From Octopus vulgaris (Eukaryota), in assembly GCA_951406725.2 (NCBI GenBank), contig OX597819.1, forward strand, positions 126,604,001 to 126,668,000: a stretch of DNA of 64,000 bases, in the 5' to 3' direction. Positions 24,478 through 38,407 of this stretch are shown here, in pieces. The notes under the pieces were generated by a model. That model had not been told where the DNA came from, made no database searches, and was given only the letters and a program-made list of their open reading frames with translations. Position numbers and translations under genes: made by a program. How positions within the stretch are numbered: position 1 is the stretch's first letter; each line of letters starts with the position of its first letter.

Positions 24478-24790
24478 ATGGACCAGTATAAATGGACCAA
24501 TTCTCAGGTTTCGCCTGTAATTGAAAAGGGTTTTATAAAAGGAGAAAGGGGCTCTCTACCCCCCTTTTGACCAGGCTCCCGTTGGCTTTTATGGGTTTTT
24601 TTTTCCACCAGGAACCTTTCGAAGCGCCTCCTCCTATTGGGAATTTTTCATTGTTAAATATTTTGTTGTTACAGTTTTTTGCACGGATTTTTCACAAACG
24701 GACAAAACCTTTTGTAACCTTTCGTCCTGTTTTCTCCCTTTATGTTTACTAATCATGTGTGTCAGCCCTTGTGGCCAATAAAAAGAATAA
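24478..24790 (+). mobile_element. L1/Tx1-like LINE 3' end
   Basis: Pyrimidine-rich UTR ending cagcccttgtggccAATAAAaagaa, with the same architecture as 2475-2864. Confidence 0.45.
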
Positions 24791-24985
24791 ATTATTATTA
24801 CTATTACAGTCAATCAATGTCTTTGGAATGAATTTGGTAGATGGAAACTGCGCCGATTCTCTTGGAGCGTGTGTGTAGCTTCGGAACAAAAGGATTGTCA
24901 GCGGCCTCGAGGTCAAGCCGAAACTTCGAAGTCTCTGTCAACATTCTCCTTGTGAAAATTAATAAATATGTATTCTGCGATAAAA

Positions 24986-25223
24986 GGGTACTACTTGAGA
25001 ACAGTGGTCCCGATGCGCGCACTCGCGTAGTCGCGCATCCGCGCTAGCTAGTCGTGACTAGTCGATCCTACAACGTCTACCTAGCAAAGTAAATAATTTT
25101 TGTTAAACAAAGTAAATAAAACACAAAAACACAAAGTAAAGATCGACTAGTCATGTCTAGTTAGCGTGAATGCGCGACTACGCGAGTGCGCGCACCGGGA
25201 CCTCTGTTCTCAAGTAGTACCCG
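24986..25223. mobile_element. MITE with about 80-bp CpG-rich TIRs
   Basis: gggtactacttgagaacagtggtccc... / ...gggacctctgttctcaagtagtaccc(g), AT-rich core with aaagtaaataa sub-repeats, and aaaa on both flanks. Confidence 0.9.
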
Positions 25224-25544
25224 AAAAGCTATTAATTACCCTTTAGTTTAATGTTAAATTGGTTTTGTATTTAACTTCATATCAAAACAAACATTAACAT
25301 ATATGCGTGTGCGCGGGTGAATGTGTATGCGCGAGCGTGTTGTGTGTATCAGAGCAGGTTTGTTTAAGGCCCATCCCTCCCGAAAGTAGCGGAGAGGTTT
25401 GGCAAACGTTCGAACTTATAGAATAACTAAGATTTAAAATAGAGACTGGGGTTGATTTGATCGACTAAAGACTAGAAGGTAGAATACCCAAGAATGACTA
25501 CAGTCCATCGTAGGAACAAGAATATATATGTATGTATGTATGTA

Positions 25545-25949
25545 TTCTTTTATTCTTTTACTTGTTTCAGTCATTTGACTGCGGCCATGCTGGAGCACCG
25601 CCTTTAGTCGAGCAACTCGACACCGGGACTTATTCTTTTGTAAGCCCAGTACTTATTCTATCGGTCTCTTTTGCCGAACCGCTAAGTTACGGGGACATAA
25701 GCACACCAGCATCGGTTGACAAGCAATGCTAGGGGACAAACACAGACACGCAAATACACACTCGCATACATATATATACATATATACGACGGGCTTCTTT
25801 CAGTTTCCGTCTACCAAATCCACTCACAAGGCTTTGGTCGGCCCGAGGCTATAGTAGAAGACACTTGCCCAAGGTGATACGCAGTGGGACTGAACCCGCA
25901 ACCATGTGGTTGGTAGACAAGCTACTTACCACACAGCCACTCCTGCGCC

Positions 25950-25950
<1 letters not shown>
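25545..25950 (-). mobile_element. Full-length CORE-type tRNA SINE
   Basis: A box tggctgtgtgg, B box ggttcagtccc, CORE-like ccttgggcaagtgtcttctact, central microsatellite and (aaaagaat)n tail. Confidence 0.85.
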
Positions 25951-25981
<31 letters not shown>

Positions 25982-26011
25982 TGTATGTATGTATGTATGT
26001 ATGTATGTATG

Positions 26012-26043
<32 letters not shown>

Positions 26044-26061
26044 TGTATGTATATATATATA

Positions 26062-26394
26062 GGCGTAGGCATGGCAGTGTAGTATGAAGTTTGCTTCTCA
26101 ACCACATAGTTCCGGGTTCAGTCCCACTGCGTGGCACGTTGGGCAAGTGTCTTCTACTATAGCCTCGAGACCTCTAATACCTTGTAAGTGGATTTGGTAG
26201 ACGGAAAATGAAAGAAGTCTGTCTGTGTTTGTATTTGTCCTGTACCACCACTTGACAAACGGTGTTGGTTTATTTACGTCATCATAATCTAGCGGTCCAG
26301 CAAAAGACCGATACTACGCCTATTGAGGTCGATTTGTTCGACTAAACCCTGCAAGGCTGTGCCCCAGCATGGCCACAACCTTTGGGCTGAAACA
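26062..26394 (+). mobile_element. CORE-type tRNA SINE, head-to-head with the previous copy
   Basis: Same family in the opposite orientation, separated by about 110 bp of (TATG)n. Confidence 0.85.
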
Positions 26395-27053
26395 CAACAC
26401 AAATATATATATATATCAGTGAGATGAGAAATGTTTTTTAGCCCTCGGTCATCTGGAGTCCAACAGATCCATTCTGTGAAATGCGTTCCACCTGCGTTAT
26501 CATACATATTTTAAAGTCAGGTATATTGTTTATAAGACAACAGTGTTTTATGTTATTTCTCTTTTTTTTTTTAAGGCTGTAATGTGTAATTTGAGGGGGG
26601 ATTTAGCTGCTATTTGTAGCAGGTCGACGACCGCCTAATTACTTCTTCGTTAGTTGCAGTTTTGTAACGTTGTCAGCGACGGTAGAAATGTTTAGTGGGA
26701 GTTCACTTTGTTGCCGGTGGCAGGAAGGGGAGGAGGAGGGTGAAAGGGTGAAGATGGAGAGAAGAAAGGAGAATTTAATAGGGAGAAATACATAAAATGC
26801 ATTAGAATAATACCGTATGTTTATACACATCTACACACACACACATATATATATACACTTACATATAATGTATATGAGAAATTACGATGAACACGAATTT
26901 GCTCTGTATATCATAACCAGTATTACCATTAAGTATAGTAGTTACTTAAATGCTATACTAGAAGCAGACTGGACGAGGAGAATCCTACGTGGAGCTCTAA
27001 ACTTAAGGGTAGCAGTCGTACATCTATTTGTACACACACACGCACACACACAC

Positions 27054-27437
27054 AGAGAGGCATGGCTATGTGGTTAAGAAGTTCATTTAGTTACCACGTT
27101 ATTTTTGGTTCAGTCCTACAGGGCAGCAACCTGGGAAAATGCCTTCTATACAGCCGGCAAATACTTTCGACAGAAACTCTTAAGAAAGCCCGTTATATAT
27201 ATATAAATATATATGATATAATATAAACAATATATAAATATATGCATATTTACATACATATATATGTATATATACATGCATATATGGGTACAGGACATTA
27301 AAAAAAACGGTGGACACAATGAGAAACGAAAACATAAAAACAAAAACATAGAAAACGAACATTTTTTCGAACAACGAAAAAAATAAACCCAGAGAAACGA
27401 GACATGCAACATAAAGAATATTTCCCTTCATCATATC

Positions 27438-27484
<47 letters not shown>

Positions 27485-27547
27485 GCGTACGTATATATAC
27501 GTATATGTATATATGTATGTATATATATACGTATATATGTATATGAG

Positions 27548-27581
<34 letters not shown>

Positions 27582-27820
27582 CTTCTGCCTGTCTGTCTGT
27601 GACTGTGTGTATGTGCATGTGTATGTTTGTGTGTCTGTTCTTGTCACCCCACCATCGCTTGATAACCGATGCTGGTGTGTTTACGTCCCCATAACTTAGC
27701 GGGGACACCGATAGAATAAGTACTAGGCTTACAAAGAATAAGTCATGTGGTTGATTTGCTCCTCTAAAGGCGGTGCTCCAGCATGGCCGCAGTCAAATGA
27801 CCGAAACAAATAAAAGAATA
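27054..27820 (+). mobile_element. CORE-type SINE interrupted in its central TA tract by the T-rich repeat family
   Basis: Head 27054-27195, insert about 27220-27435, tail about 27620-27820. Confidence 0.7.
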
Positions 27821-27876
27821 TATATAAAACCTGAGTGTGTAATTGAATAGACAGACAGACAGACAGACAGATAGAC

Positions 27877-27935
<59 letters not shown>

Positions 27936-28013
27936 CTATTATAATGAATGAGAGTGATGGCCGATTAGAAAAGTAGAAATAATTGAAAATTATGGACTTG
28001 AAGAATGGAAATG

Positions 28014-28052
<39 letters not shown>

Positions 28053-29442
28053 AAAGGGTGAAGTAAAGTGAGGGAAAAATAAATATGAAAACTAAAAAAG
28101 AAAAAGTAAAACTACATGTAATAAAATAATAAAACTAAACAAAAAGTAAACAAAATAATTAAGTGAATGTGGGAGTCAGGAGAGGGATTGGCAGCCGCCA
28201 TAGTGTTATTAATTGTAGTCGTGTATCGGAGATGCTGCTGATGGCGATGGTGGTGGTGGTGGCCTAAAGTTTAGTTGTATAGCTTTGACATGTGAAACAA
28301 AGTTATTCCGGCCGTGACCATCATGTCTCCCTCACCCCGCCATGGAAATGAGGACGACCAGTTTAGTGAGATCTGCGGCCCCTTCACGGTTCACTCGTAT
28401 GGTTGATGCGATGATGGTGGTAATGGTGGTGATGTTTAGTCCCGAGTGAAGCCCTTTTCCCCCCTTATATGCAATGCAACACGAAACCGCATGATTGTGA
28501 CATGAAGTGAAATTTGGCCGCTATTTCTAGCAAGTCAAGCATCCTTCTTGAGGCACCTTCGTTGACTCATATGCTGTTGGCGGCGGCGGCGGTAAAGCCG
28601 TTAGCATTGATGATAATTTCTTGTAGTAGTAGTAGTAATAGTAGTTGTAGTAGTAGTAGTTGTAGTAGTAGTTGTAGTAGTTGTAGTAGTAGTAGTAGTA
28701 GTAGTGGCAGCAGCAGCAGTAGTAGTAGTAGTAGTAGTAGTAGTAGTTGTAGTAGTAATAGTTGTAGTAGTAGTAGTAGTAGTAGTAGTGATGGTGATAG
28801 TTGTTATGATGTTATTAGTGGTGAAAGAAACCGTGGTGGCAATACTGTGGTTGCTGCGGTTGTGGCGATGGTGGCTGGTAATTAATGGTTCTCGCCTATT
28901 CTTGTTAGTGGTGGTAATTGTGCCTGTTGTTAGTGGTGGCGTTGGTTTTCGTGGTGGTGACTACAAAGCCTGTGATGATGGTCGTGTCAGTGGGTACTAG
29001 CTACACTATGTTAGTGACAGCGTTACAAGGGCACAAATATGGCCGAATGATTTAAACAGTTTCTGGGTTCGAATCTGTCGCAAGGCATCTTGGGCAAGTA
29101 CTTGAGGGCCGACTCAAACCTTCTAAGTGACTATTCGTCGGATGGATTGTACCTGTTATTAAAATGTAATTAAGTTACATGAAGAGAAGACGCACTGTTT
29201 CTGGAATACCCAGCCACTTTCGGTCGTTCAGTTGATTGAACACAACTGAATGCTCATCGTCGTAAAAGACGGAAGATCGATCGGTTAATGTTGCTAGTGG
29301 TAAGCTGTATCATTGATATTATTTAGTCCCAAGTCAGCAATAATAATTCGGCTTCATGATCAAATAAAGACATTCCTATTAAGGCCATCGCATTTTTTTT
29401 ATTCAAACAGTGTATCCCAGTCCGTGTTATCTAGTGTGCGCT

Positions 29443-29800
29443 ATGCCGTTACGTTCTGAGTTCAAATTCAGCCGCGGTCGACTTTGCCTTTCATCCTTTC
29501 GGGGTCGATTAAATAAGTACCAGTTACGCACTAGGGTCGATATAATCGACTTAATATCTATGTCTGTCCTTGTTTGTCCCCTCTATGTTTAACCCCTTGT
29601 GGGTAGTAAAGAAATAGGTATTTCGTCTGCCGTTACGTTCTGAGTTCAAATTCCTCCGAGGTCGACTTTGCCTTTCATCCTTTCGGGGTCGATAAATTAA
29701 GCACCAGTTACGCACTGGGGTCGATATAATCGACTTAAGCCTTTTGTCTGTCCTTGTTTTTCTCCTCTATGTTTAGCCCGCTGTGGGCAATAAAGAAATA
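29443..29800 (+). mobile_element. Nin/Deu SINE dimer, 5'-truncated
   Basis: Two units joined at gaaata|ggtatttc near 29617. Confidence 0.85.
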
Positions 29801-30174
29801 AAAAAAATTTTTTCTTGAAAGACAGATTTTAATGAAATTTGACTGCTGTTTTTAACAAGTTGAAACGACTCCTTCATTTGGCTATGCTGTTGATGATGTT
29901 TACGACAGCTGAAAGGAGCAACCACTTTACAATCGGTGCTACGTTTTCGGCGGTACATCGAATGCATTGTGTGGGTGGTAACTGGAAGTTATGGCGTTCT
30001 TAGTTTTTTTGGGTTTTTTTCAAAGGAAATGACGTGTGAGAAGCTTCAGCCAGACATTGAAACAAAGATTGTAAAGTCATACAGCCGGAAGCTTTATCTT
30101 CTCTAAAAGTGAACTTGCCTTCGTCAGTCTAAGGATTTTTCACATTGGTACACTATTTATTTATTTATTTATTT

Positions 30175-30398
30175 ATTACCCACAAGGGGCTAAACACTGA
30201 GGGGACAAACAAGGACAGACAAGGGGATTAAGTCGATTCCATCGATCCCCAGTGCGTAACTGGTACTTAATTTATCGACTCCGAAAGGATGAAAGGCAAA
30301 GCCGACCTCGGCGGAATTTGAACTCAGAACGTAACGGCAGACGAAATACCACTAAGCATTTCGCCCGGCATGCAAACGTTTCTGCCAGATCGCCGCCT
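30175..30398 (-). mobile_element. Full-length Nin/Deu SINE with (AAAT)n tail
   Basis: Head, B box and domain are all present. Confidence 0.85.
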
Positions 30399-30431
30399 TA
30401 GTAGTAAAATAATAATAATATTAATTGTGTT

Positions 30432-30514
<83 letters not shown>

Positions 30515-31627
30515 GATACCGTCGACTGGAGCTCTATTCCATCGAGCCTGAGTGAATAAAAGACAGGATTTGATCTCAACGTAAAGGGCCGGAACATATA
30601 TAGTAAAGCGGTTTTTTTTTGTTCCCGAGCTCTAACGATTCTGCTAATCCAAAATTACTAATTTTATTTTAACTTTAACAGTCTTGAGGGTAGGGGTTAG
30701 TTGATGCTGCCGATTCTAGTATTTCAATGATTCTTGATTTTATCGATTCCGTTGGATGCAAGACTAAGTTGTTCTCCGCAGGACTTGAATTCATAAAAGA
30801 ACGGGAGTTAATACCATAAAATAGTTTGTCCGACGCTCTTGCGATTCTGATACTGCGTCATCCTAATGATGCTGATGCTGATGATGGTTAGGATAATACT
30901 AAACTACTTAGTTAAGTTTGGTAGTGATATATTGTTACAAACTTAAGGGGTTCGTTTAATTAAATCGACTTTTAATACAGTGTTTTAATTACTATTCTTT
31001 GGAGAATTACAGACCCGACCGTTCTTAGACGGTTCCAGTGGGGTTCCTCATTTTACTGTGGTTTGCCACCTTCACTTTAGTACAGCATACCAATTACTGA
31101 GACGTAAATTGGTTAAATAAGGAAATGATGCTATTGCAATTATTTCTGTCTTTGCCGAAAATCAGATTTTTCACATTGGTGTTACAACTGTCGCTGACTT
31201 TCAAGGAGTACATGTGTAGTATAGTTGACCAATTGGAAATCGCCTCTTTATTTGACTTAAGAAAGCCTTGGCAATATTGTATGCCACATCCATGCTGTTA
31301 GTATTATCAATCCAGATGATGTCACGATTACGAGATTTTGATGGCTCTACGAGTTGTTACGAGAGGAAATGTATTGCAGTTCTTCATTGAAACCATCTTT
31401 TAAAGACATTGTTGTAGAGAGATACAAGTTAACAATATCATTTACAGACAAAAAACTTTAGAAATGCAAAGGTTAATGTTATTCGCTAAATTCTTTATGA
31501 TTGCTGGAAGGAAATTGGGGGACTTTTTAACAGTTTTTTTTAAAAATTTGGTTTCCTATCTAGGTGATGTAAACACATGTCTAAGTCAAGTGAAATGTCT
31601 TCAAAATTAACAACTTGGTGCTGGTAA

Positions 31628-31780
31628 TAACTGGTACATATTTAATCGATCCCGAAAGGATGAAAGGCAAAGTCGACCTCGGCGGAATTTGAACTCAGAA
31701 CGTAGCGGCAGAGGAAATACCGCTAGGCATTTTGCCCGGCGTGCTAACGTTTCTGCCAGCTCGCCACTATAATGATGATG

Positions 31781-31831
<51 letters not shown>

Positions 31832-31907
31832 TTAATAATGATGATGATGATGATGATGGATGATGATGATGGATGATGATGATGATGATGATGATAATAA
31901 TAATAAC

Positions 31908-31965
<58 letters not shown>

Positions 31966-32175
31966 GTTATCTTTCCTATTATAGGCAGGAGGCCTGGAAT
32001 TTGTCGGGAAGGGGGTAGTCGATTGCATCGACTCCAGTACTCCACTGGTACTTAATTTATCGACCCGAAAGGATGAAAGGCAAAGTTGGCCTCGACGGAA
32101 TTTGAACTCAGAACGTAGTGAAGGGCAAAATACCGCTAAGCACTACGCCCTACGTGCTAACGATTTTGCCAGCTC

Positions 32176-32176
<1 letters not shown>
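31628..32176 (-). mobile_element. Two Nin/Deu SINE copies separated by (TAA)n/(TGA)n
   Basis: Copies at about 31628-31768 and 31972-32176. Confidence 0.8.
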
Positions 32177-32207
<31 letters not shown>

Positions 32208-32387
32208 CAGAATAAATTTTTTATTAGCTCTCTGAATATAACTAAATATAGAGTTGTTTCTCCTTACGTTTGATATATATACATCCATGTGTGTGTGTTT
32301 GCGCGCGCGTGTGTATATATATATATATATATATATGTATACATATATTTGCACACACACACACATATATATATATGCATATATATA

Positions 32388-32454
<67 letters not shown>

Positions 32455-32462
32455 TCTCCCAT

Positions 32463-32625
32463 ACACGACTGGTTTCTTTCAGTTTCCGTATACCAAATCT
32501 ACTTATAATGCTTTGGTCGGCCTTAGGCTATTATTGAAGACACCTGCACAAGGTGTCACGCTGTAAGGCTGAACCCGGAATCATGTAGTTGTGAAGCAGA
32601 ATTCATACCACACGGCCACACCTGG
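32463..32625 (-). mobile_element. CORE-type SINE 5' half
   Basis: Homologous to 25787-25950. Confidence 0.7.
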
Positions 32626-32639
32626 TATGGATGTGTTTG

Positions 32640-32686
<47 letters not shown>

Positions 32687-32739
32687 GTACACACACACAT
32701 ATATATATATATATATACATATACACATACATGTATAGG

Positions 32740-32805
<66 letters not shown>

Positions 32806-33131
32806 TATGCACATACATACATACATATCATCCATATTGATTCCGAAGAGAGTATGATGAACGCAACGAATGGTTATCTGAGAATCTCCCGACTTTCACC
32901 ATGAGGACGAGAACTTCAGTCACTCGCAGAAAGCATCTACAGCTATAACTGCGTGGTTTAGGAGTTCATTGTGGAAACACGTGAGTACGGGTTCAATCCG
33001 CCTAGTCGGGCTGGATTCAACCCGAACTAATGCCTTGTGGAAATTGGAAGAACAATGCATACATACATACGTACGAACATACATACATACATACATACGC
33101 ACATACATACATACATACATACACACATATG

Positions 33132-33174
<43 letters not shown>

Positions 33175-33176
33175 TA

Positions 33177-33590
33177 GGCGTTGGAGTGGCTGTGTGGTAT
33201 GTAGCTTGCTTACGACACCACATGGTTCCGGGTTCAGTCCTACTGCGTGGCACCTTGGGCAAGTGTCCTCTACTATAGCGTCGGGCCGACCAAAGCCTTG
33301 TGAGTGGATTTGTTTGACGGAAACTGAAAGAAGCCCGTCTTATATATGTATATGTATGTGTGTGTATATGTTTGTGTGTATATGTTTGTGTGTCTGTGTT
33401 TGTACCCCCAACATCGCTTGACAACCGATGATGGTGTGTTTATGTCCCTGTAACTTAGCGATTCAGCAAATCAGACTGATAGAATAAGTACTAGACTTAC
33501 AAAGAATAAGTCCTGGGGTCGATATGCTCGACTAAAAGGCGGTGCTCCAGCATGGCCACAGTCAAATGACTAAATCGAAAAATAAAAGAG
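33177..33590 (+). mobile_element. Full-length CORE-type tRNA SINE
   Basis: A and B boxes, CORE-like block and tail all present. Confidence 0.85.
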
Positions 33591-33949
33591 TATATATAAC
33601 TCGAATTTATTACGGTAAAGTACTATGGAATGGCCAGCATTTGCGCCTTGTCATTTTCTATCTATCTATCTATCTATCTATCTATGTAGCTAAAAGTGTG
33701 TGTGTGTGTGTGTGTATATGAAAGTATGTAGTCTTACGAAGAAAATGTTTATTGTGGATTGTCTCGGTAAAGGTTTCCATCGGTTTAAAAGTAAAATATT
33801 ATCAATTCAACGTGTTGCTGGTGCTTATGCTGATGATAATGATGATGATGATGGTTTTAATTTTTTTGTTATTTTTTTCATTTTCCATGTTCTCGTTTCA
33901 TTATTTGACTGTATTTTATTTTTTTCTATACGGAAGAATTAATGAAAGT

Positions 33950-34888
33950 GAGGCTCAGAAAGTGGGAGGAGTGAGAGTCTACAGAGCAGAAGTAGGAGGA
34001 GTAGGAGAAAGAGATGTACTGTGTTGTGGAAGATGACAAGTCTAAGGGAAAGAAAGACTCAAAGACAAGAAGCAAGAAACATCAACAACAACAAGCCGGA
34101 GTAGGAGGTGGAGGAGTAGTAGTAGTAGAAGGAGGAAGTCTGTGACAGTGAGAGAGAGAGAGAAAGAGAGGGAGAGTGGGAGGTGTTGCTGTAGTTCTGT
34201 GGCGTGTCGGCGGGCGACACAGGCACAAATAACAAGAGTGGTACCCCCTTTCAGATGGGAGCGCTGACAAACGGTTACTAATTTCCATACGCAGACACAC
34301 ACATACAAACATACACACACACACACATATATATATGCACACACACACACACAGACACATATATACATACATATATTATATATATACAGACATGAACACA
34401 CACTTATATATCATCTGTATTCATGCATATATCTATCTGCACACATATATACACCAAGAAAGAGCATTAACTAAATAGATTCTTAAAACAGAAAAAAACC
34501 CGTCGCTCTACATATACACACACATTCATACATTCATACAGACACATATAAGCAATCATACACTCACACACACAAAATTAACAACAAAATGATACAAAAG
34601 AAAAAATAAAATTCAGCAGTTTCTCCGTCGTCGCCGCCATTGCTAGTATTGCTACACAGCTACGACTACTGCTGCTGTTGTTACTGCTGCTGCTGCTACT
34701 AATACTACAGCAAATTATCAACAACACCACCACCACCACCACCACTACAACCAGAACCAGCAGCTTTACAACTACTACTACTACAACTATTACAACAAGT
34801 CCAACACGCTCCAACGGCTGGTTGGTTGACGAGCGGTCCCGCTGTCAACAGAACTTTAAAAAAAAAACAACAAAAAACAAAAAAAAAC
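33950..34888 (+). promoter_or_regulatory. Putative promoter and 5' UTR of the exon at 34889
   Basis: TE-free stretch with GA-rich tracts, CpG-rich patches (ggcgtgtcggcgggcgac near 34201; ccgtcgtcgccgcc near 34625) and CTG/CAC/ACT triplet runs directly upstream of the ATG. The TSS cannot be determined. Confidence 0.4.
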
Positions 34889-34961
34889 ATGGATCTAAGT
34901 ACGGCGTATCGTTACCATAATACCAATATTAATATGATGGACTTTTATCACTCTTGTAAAA
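34889..34961 (+). CDS. Pax2/5/8: Candidate first coding exon, Pax2/5/8-like N-terminus (MDLSTAYRYHNTNINMMDFYHSCK + 1 nt, phase-1 intron)
   Basis: Seen: aaacATGG start context, 24 open non-repetitive codons plus 1 nt, then a consensus donor A|GTAAGT at 34962. Recalled: MDFYHSCK resembles vertebrate Pax2 MDMHCK, and Pax2/5/8 genes have a phase-1 intron before the paired box. No paired-box exon was found in the window, so the exon call is firmer than the gene name. Confidence 0.55.
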
Positions 34962-35406
34962 GTAAGTAAATATGACCAAAACAACAAAACAAAGAAAATA
35001 CAATATAGATACACCACATATAAATGTTATTATTATTATAAACATACCTTATAAGTATAGGTATATATACGTATACACATACATGTATGTATGTGTATAT
35101 GTAACATAAAATTAAGGGCTAAAGTTAAATTTCTGAAAACATGTCTAATTAATGATGTTGATTACTTTTAGGGTATGATCGTTAGAGAATATATATATTT
35201 ATATATAAACATAATCTAAACTTGTATAGATATTTATATTTTACTCCTAAATATAGCATATCTATAAATTTAAACTTAGATATATTTACATCAAATTATA
35301 ACATCTTTTTTTAAGAAAATTGTATTTGTATTATCATGTATGTCTAAACAGTTAGTGTCTGTCCATTTTATGTACCTACGTAAATGAATGTTAGTGTGTA
35401 GTGTGA

Positions 35407-35458
<52 letters not shown>

Positions 35459-35675
35459 ATATATATATATATATATGTAAAATAAGTTTATGTATACAAA
35501 TGTATGTATGTATGTATATATGTCTGTACATATAAATGTATATATTTATATATAAATGTATTTGTGTGTGTTTGTTTGCGATGTGTGCTATCCATGGTTC
35601 TAGAAACATATTTAGCTCGCTTGTAGATATGCGGGATATACGTATTTACCGTTGTTATGTTGTATAATACGCACG

Positions 35676-35719
<44 letters not shown>

Positions 35720-35873
35720 ATGGAGGATTCATGATAAGTTAATGCAATACATACTGTGTCTGGTACACAAGTTATCTCGTCGACAAATATAATCCGTTTA
35801 TATTCTCATCGAATATCAGAATATAAGCGTGTGTGAGTGTGCAGATTTCGATCTCGATCTCTTTCTCTGTATA

Positions 35874-35913
<40 letters not shown>

Positions 35914-36899
35914 CATAAAACACGTGTGTATTTGTGTTGAAAGGCATATCAATTTTTTTTCTTCTACATTAAACGAGTATGCATGTCTAACATAAGTCTG
36001 ATATCCGCATAAACACACCCACGTAATAATCAGACATGCCAATATATGTATATATATACACACCTCCAGGTTGCGATATATAACGTTCGCATATTGTTAT
36101 TTGATAGAAATCTAGAATTACCCTCAATTCACACTTAATCGACTTCGAAACATAACGTACATATTAGATAATTGTTGTCCAAGACGATTCTAGTTACATC
36201 GGCATGGTCACGGTCGAGTTGGCTTTCATCACAGGCTTAATCAGCATTAACCTAGAGCTGATCAACAACAACGTGTATATATATATACATAAATGTGTAT
36301 GTAAATAGATACGCGTGCACGCACTTGCATGCATCGGAATAATGTACAGTATAAACTGTATCGGGCTACAGTAAATCTCTCAGAAAAAGTGTGCGAAAAT
36401 TACGCATGTTTAACTGTATTTTAAAAGCGTGTATATAGGTGTTTGATTCAACATATTTAGTGTAGCTGCGTATATATAGCGTGTAGGTATGACTAGCTTA
36501 TGTTATTTTGTTGCTATGCACGGAAATTAAACGAATTATGTTGTGTACATAACTCTGGATACATACGTAGAATGCTATGGGTTATGTACCAGTAAGGTAT
36601 ATGTATATATGTGTATATACGCGTGTGTGTGTATGCTTGTATTGCGTTGATGGTTAGTAATCCCAGTGAAACATGCATACTTCGTATGTTTCATTTAAAA
36701 ATATTTGCGGTAGGTAGTAACATAAGTATGTATACAATTTAGTCAGGTATGTATATTCACGTATGTATGTATATTAAGTAGTTTTGTAGGACATGTGTGG
36801 GAGGTCTATCAGCTGTATCTCGCGGTGCACATGTATGTTATGGTCTTGCTATGGATATAAACATATATATATACATATATATATATATATATGGATATA

Positions 36900-36955
<56 letters not shown>

Positions 36956-38363
36956 CATACTCACGTATGTATATTACAAAAGAAAAGAAAATAGGTTATA
37001 CGCGCTATGTGTAGCTTTGATTCTCTTTTAAAACTCGGTCCATTAAGTGTATACGTAGCTATGTCTATATATGTATGGATGTATGGCTCAGGAGGGTGGT
37101 GTACCTGTATGGTTGTGTATACAGATATGTACATGCTGAATGCAGTGTGTAGATTATGCATAATCAATGTAATTGTAATTGTAATCCTCAGCAGACGATC
37201 TCAAATGAAAGCGCGAACGCGCATACATGAAAGCGTTTTGTAATCGACCACTTAAGTATAAAGTTTATGCATATTCTGTGTATGTTTTATATGATATACA
37301 CACCTATATCTCTTTGTGTATGCTATTTCTGCACACACACACACACAAATAGTTCTGTGTCTGTATATATATATGTATAATTGAAATCATGTAACATACA
37401 ATCCAATTAACTATGAATGGGGCTGTAGGTATTCGATGTACCCAAAAACCGTAGCATGTATGTATACTGTGCATCCATTCCCCCAAATGTACGGACACTA
37501 AGCATACTCGCACATCAATAGTATATGTGTGTGTATATACACGTATTTGGTAGTTCAGGAAGGACTAGGATACGACAGGCCCTAAAGAAATAGTCTTTGT
37601 ATGTATGTATATATATATATATATATATAGACACAGACACACTTGATCAAGAGGAATATCCGAAATATAAATGAATCGAGAGGGTCGAACTCCGGCACTT
37701 AGCTAGTTTTATCTTTAAACGAACATCGAACAAAAAATGTTGACCTAGGTAGGATTTGAACTCAGAACATAAGGAGCTGGAAGATATACCCACCATCTCA
37801 AACGATTCTGAATGTAATTATCAATGTATTATGTGGGGGTGGGATTTATAAATGTGTGTAGTTGTGTGTATGAATATCTATATGTGTGTGTGTGTGTGTG
37901 TGTGTATTGCTTGCAGCTAGTTTACTTGCGGGTGTGCAAGCGAATTTAAACATAAGCAAGAAAGCCACGCGATATGTTTGTGAAGTTAACCATCAACGCG
38001 GGTACGGAACACTCAAATGCTTGCAGAGAAATATCTAAATTCCTATAACACTAAATCAAAATTTGACTACAGACACGGATATATATTCAAGTATATACGT
38101 CACACACGACAGTATCAAATATACATTTTAAACGGCAAACGAAATACATATACACTGGCATATGCGTACCATCGTGTAGACAGATATACGCAGAAATGTG
38201 TGTGTGTAATATATATACACCGATGTATATATATTTGACTAACGTTAACTGCACGGAAACCTTTAAGTCTGGGTGGAATCATCGGATTCCTCGGGATATA
38301 ATTATACTACAAACGTATTGGAATAGATGTGAAACAATACTAAAATATACGTATATTTGTTTC

Positions 38364-38407
<44 letters not shown>

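Noticed and set aside
28514-29000. Poly-Ser / poly-Val ORFs
   Set aside because: (GTA)n microsatellite joined to an old repeat fragment.
30900-31620. Unique 700-bp block that could be a decayed coding region
   Set aside because: The frames I translated gave frequent stops and no recognisable motif; it needs BLASTX.
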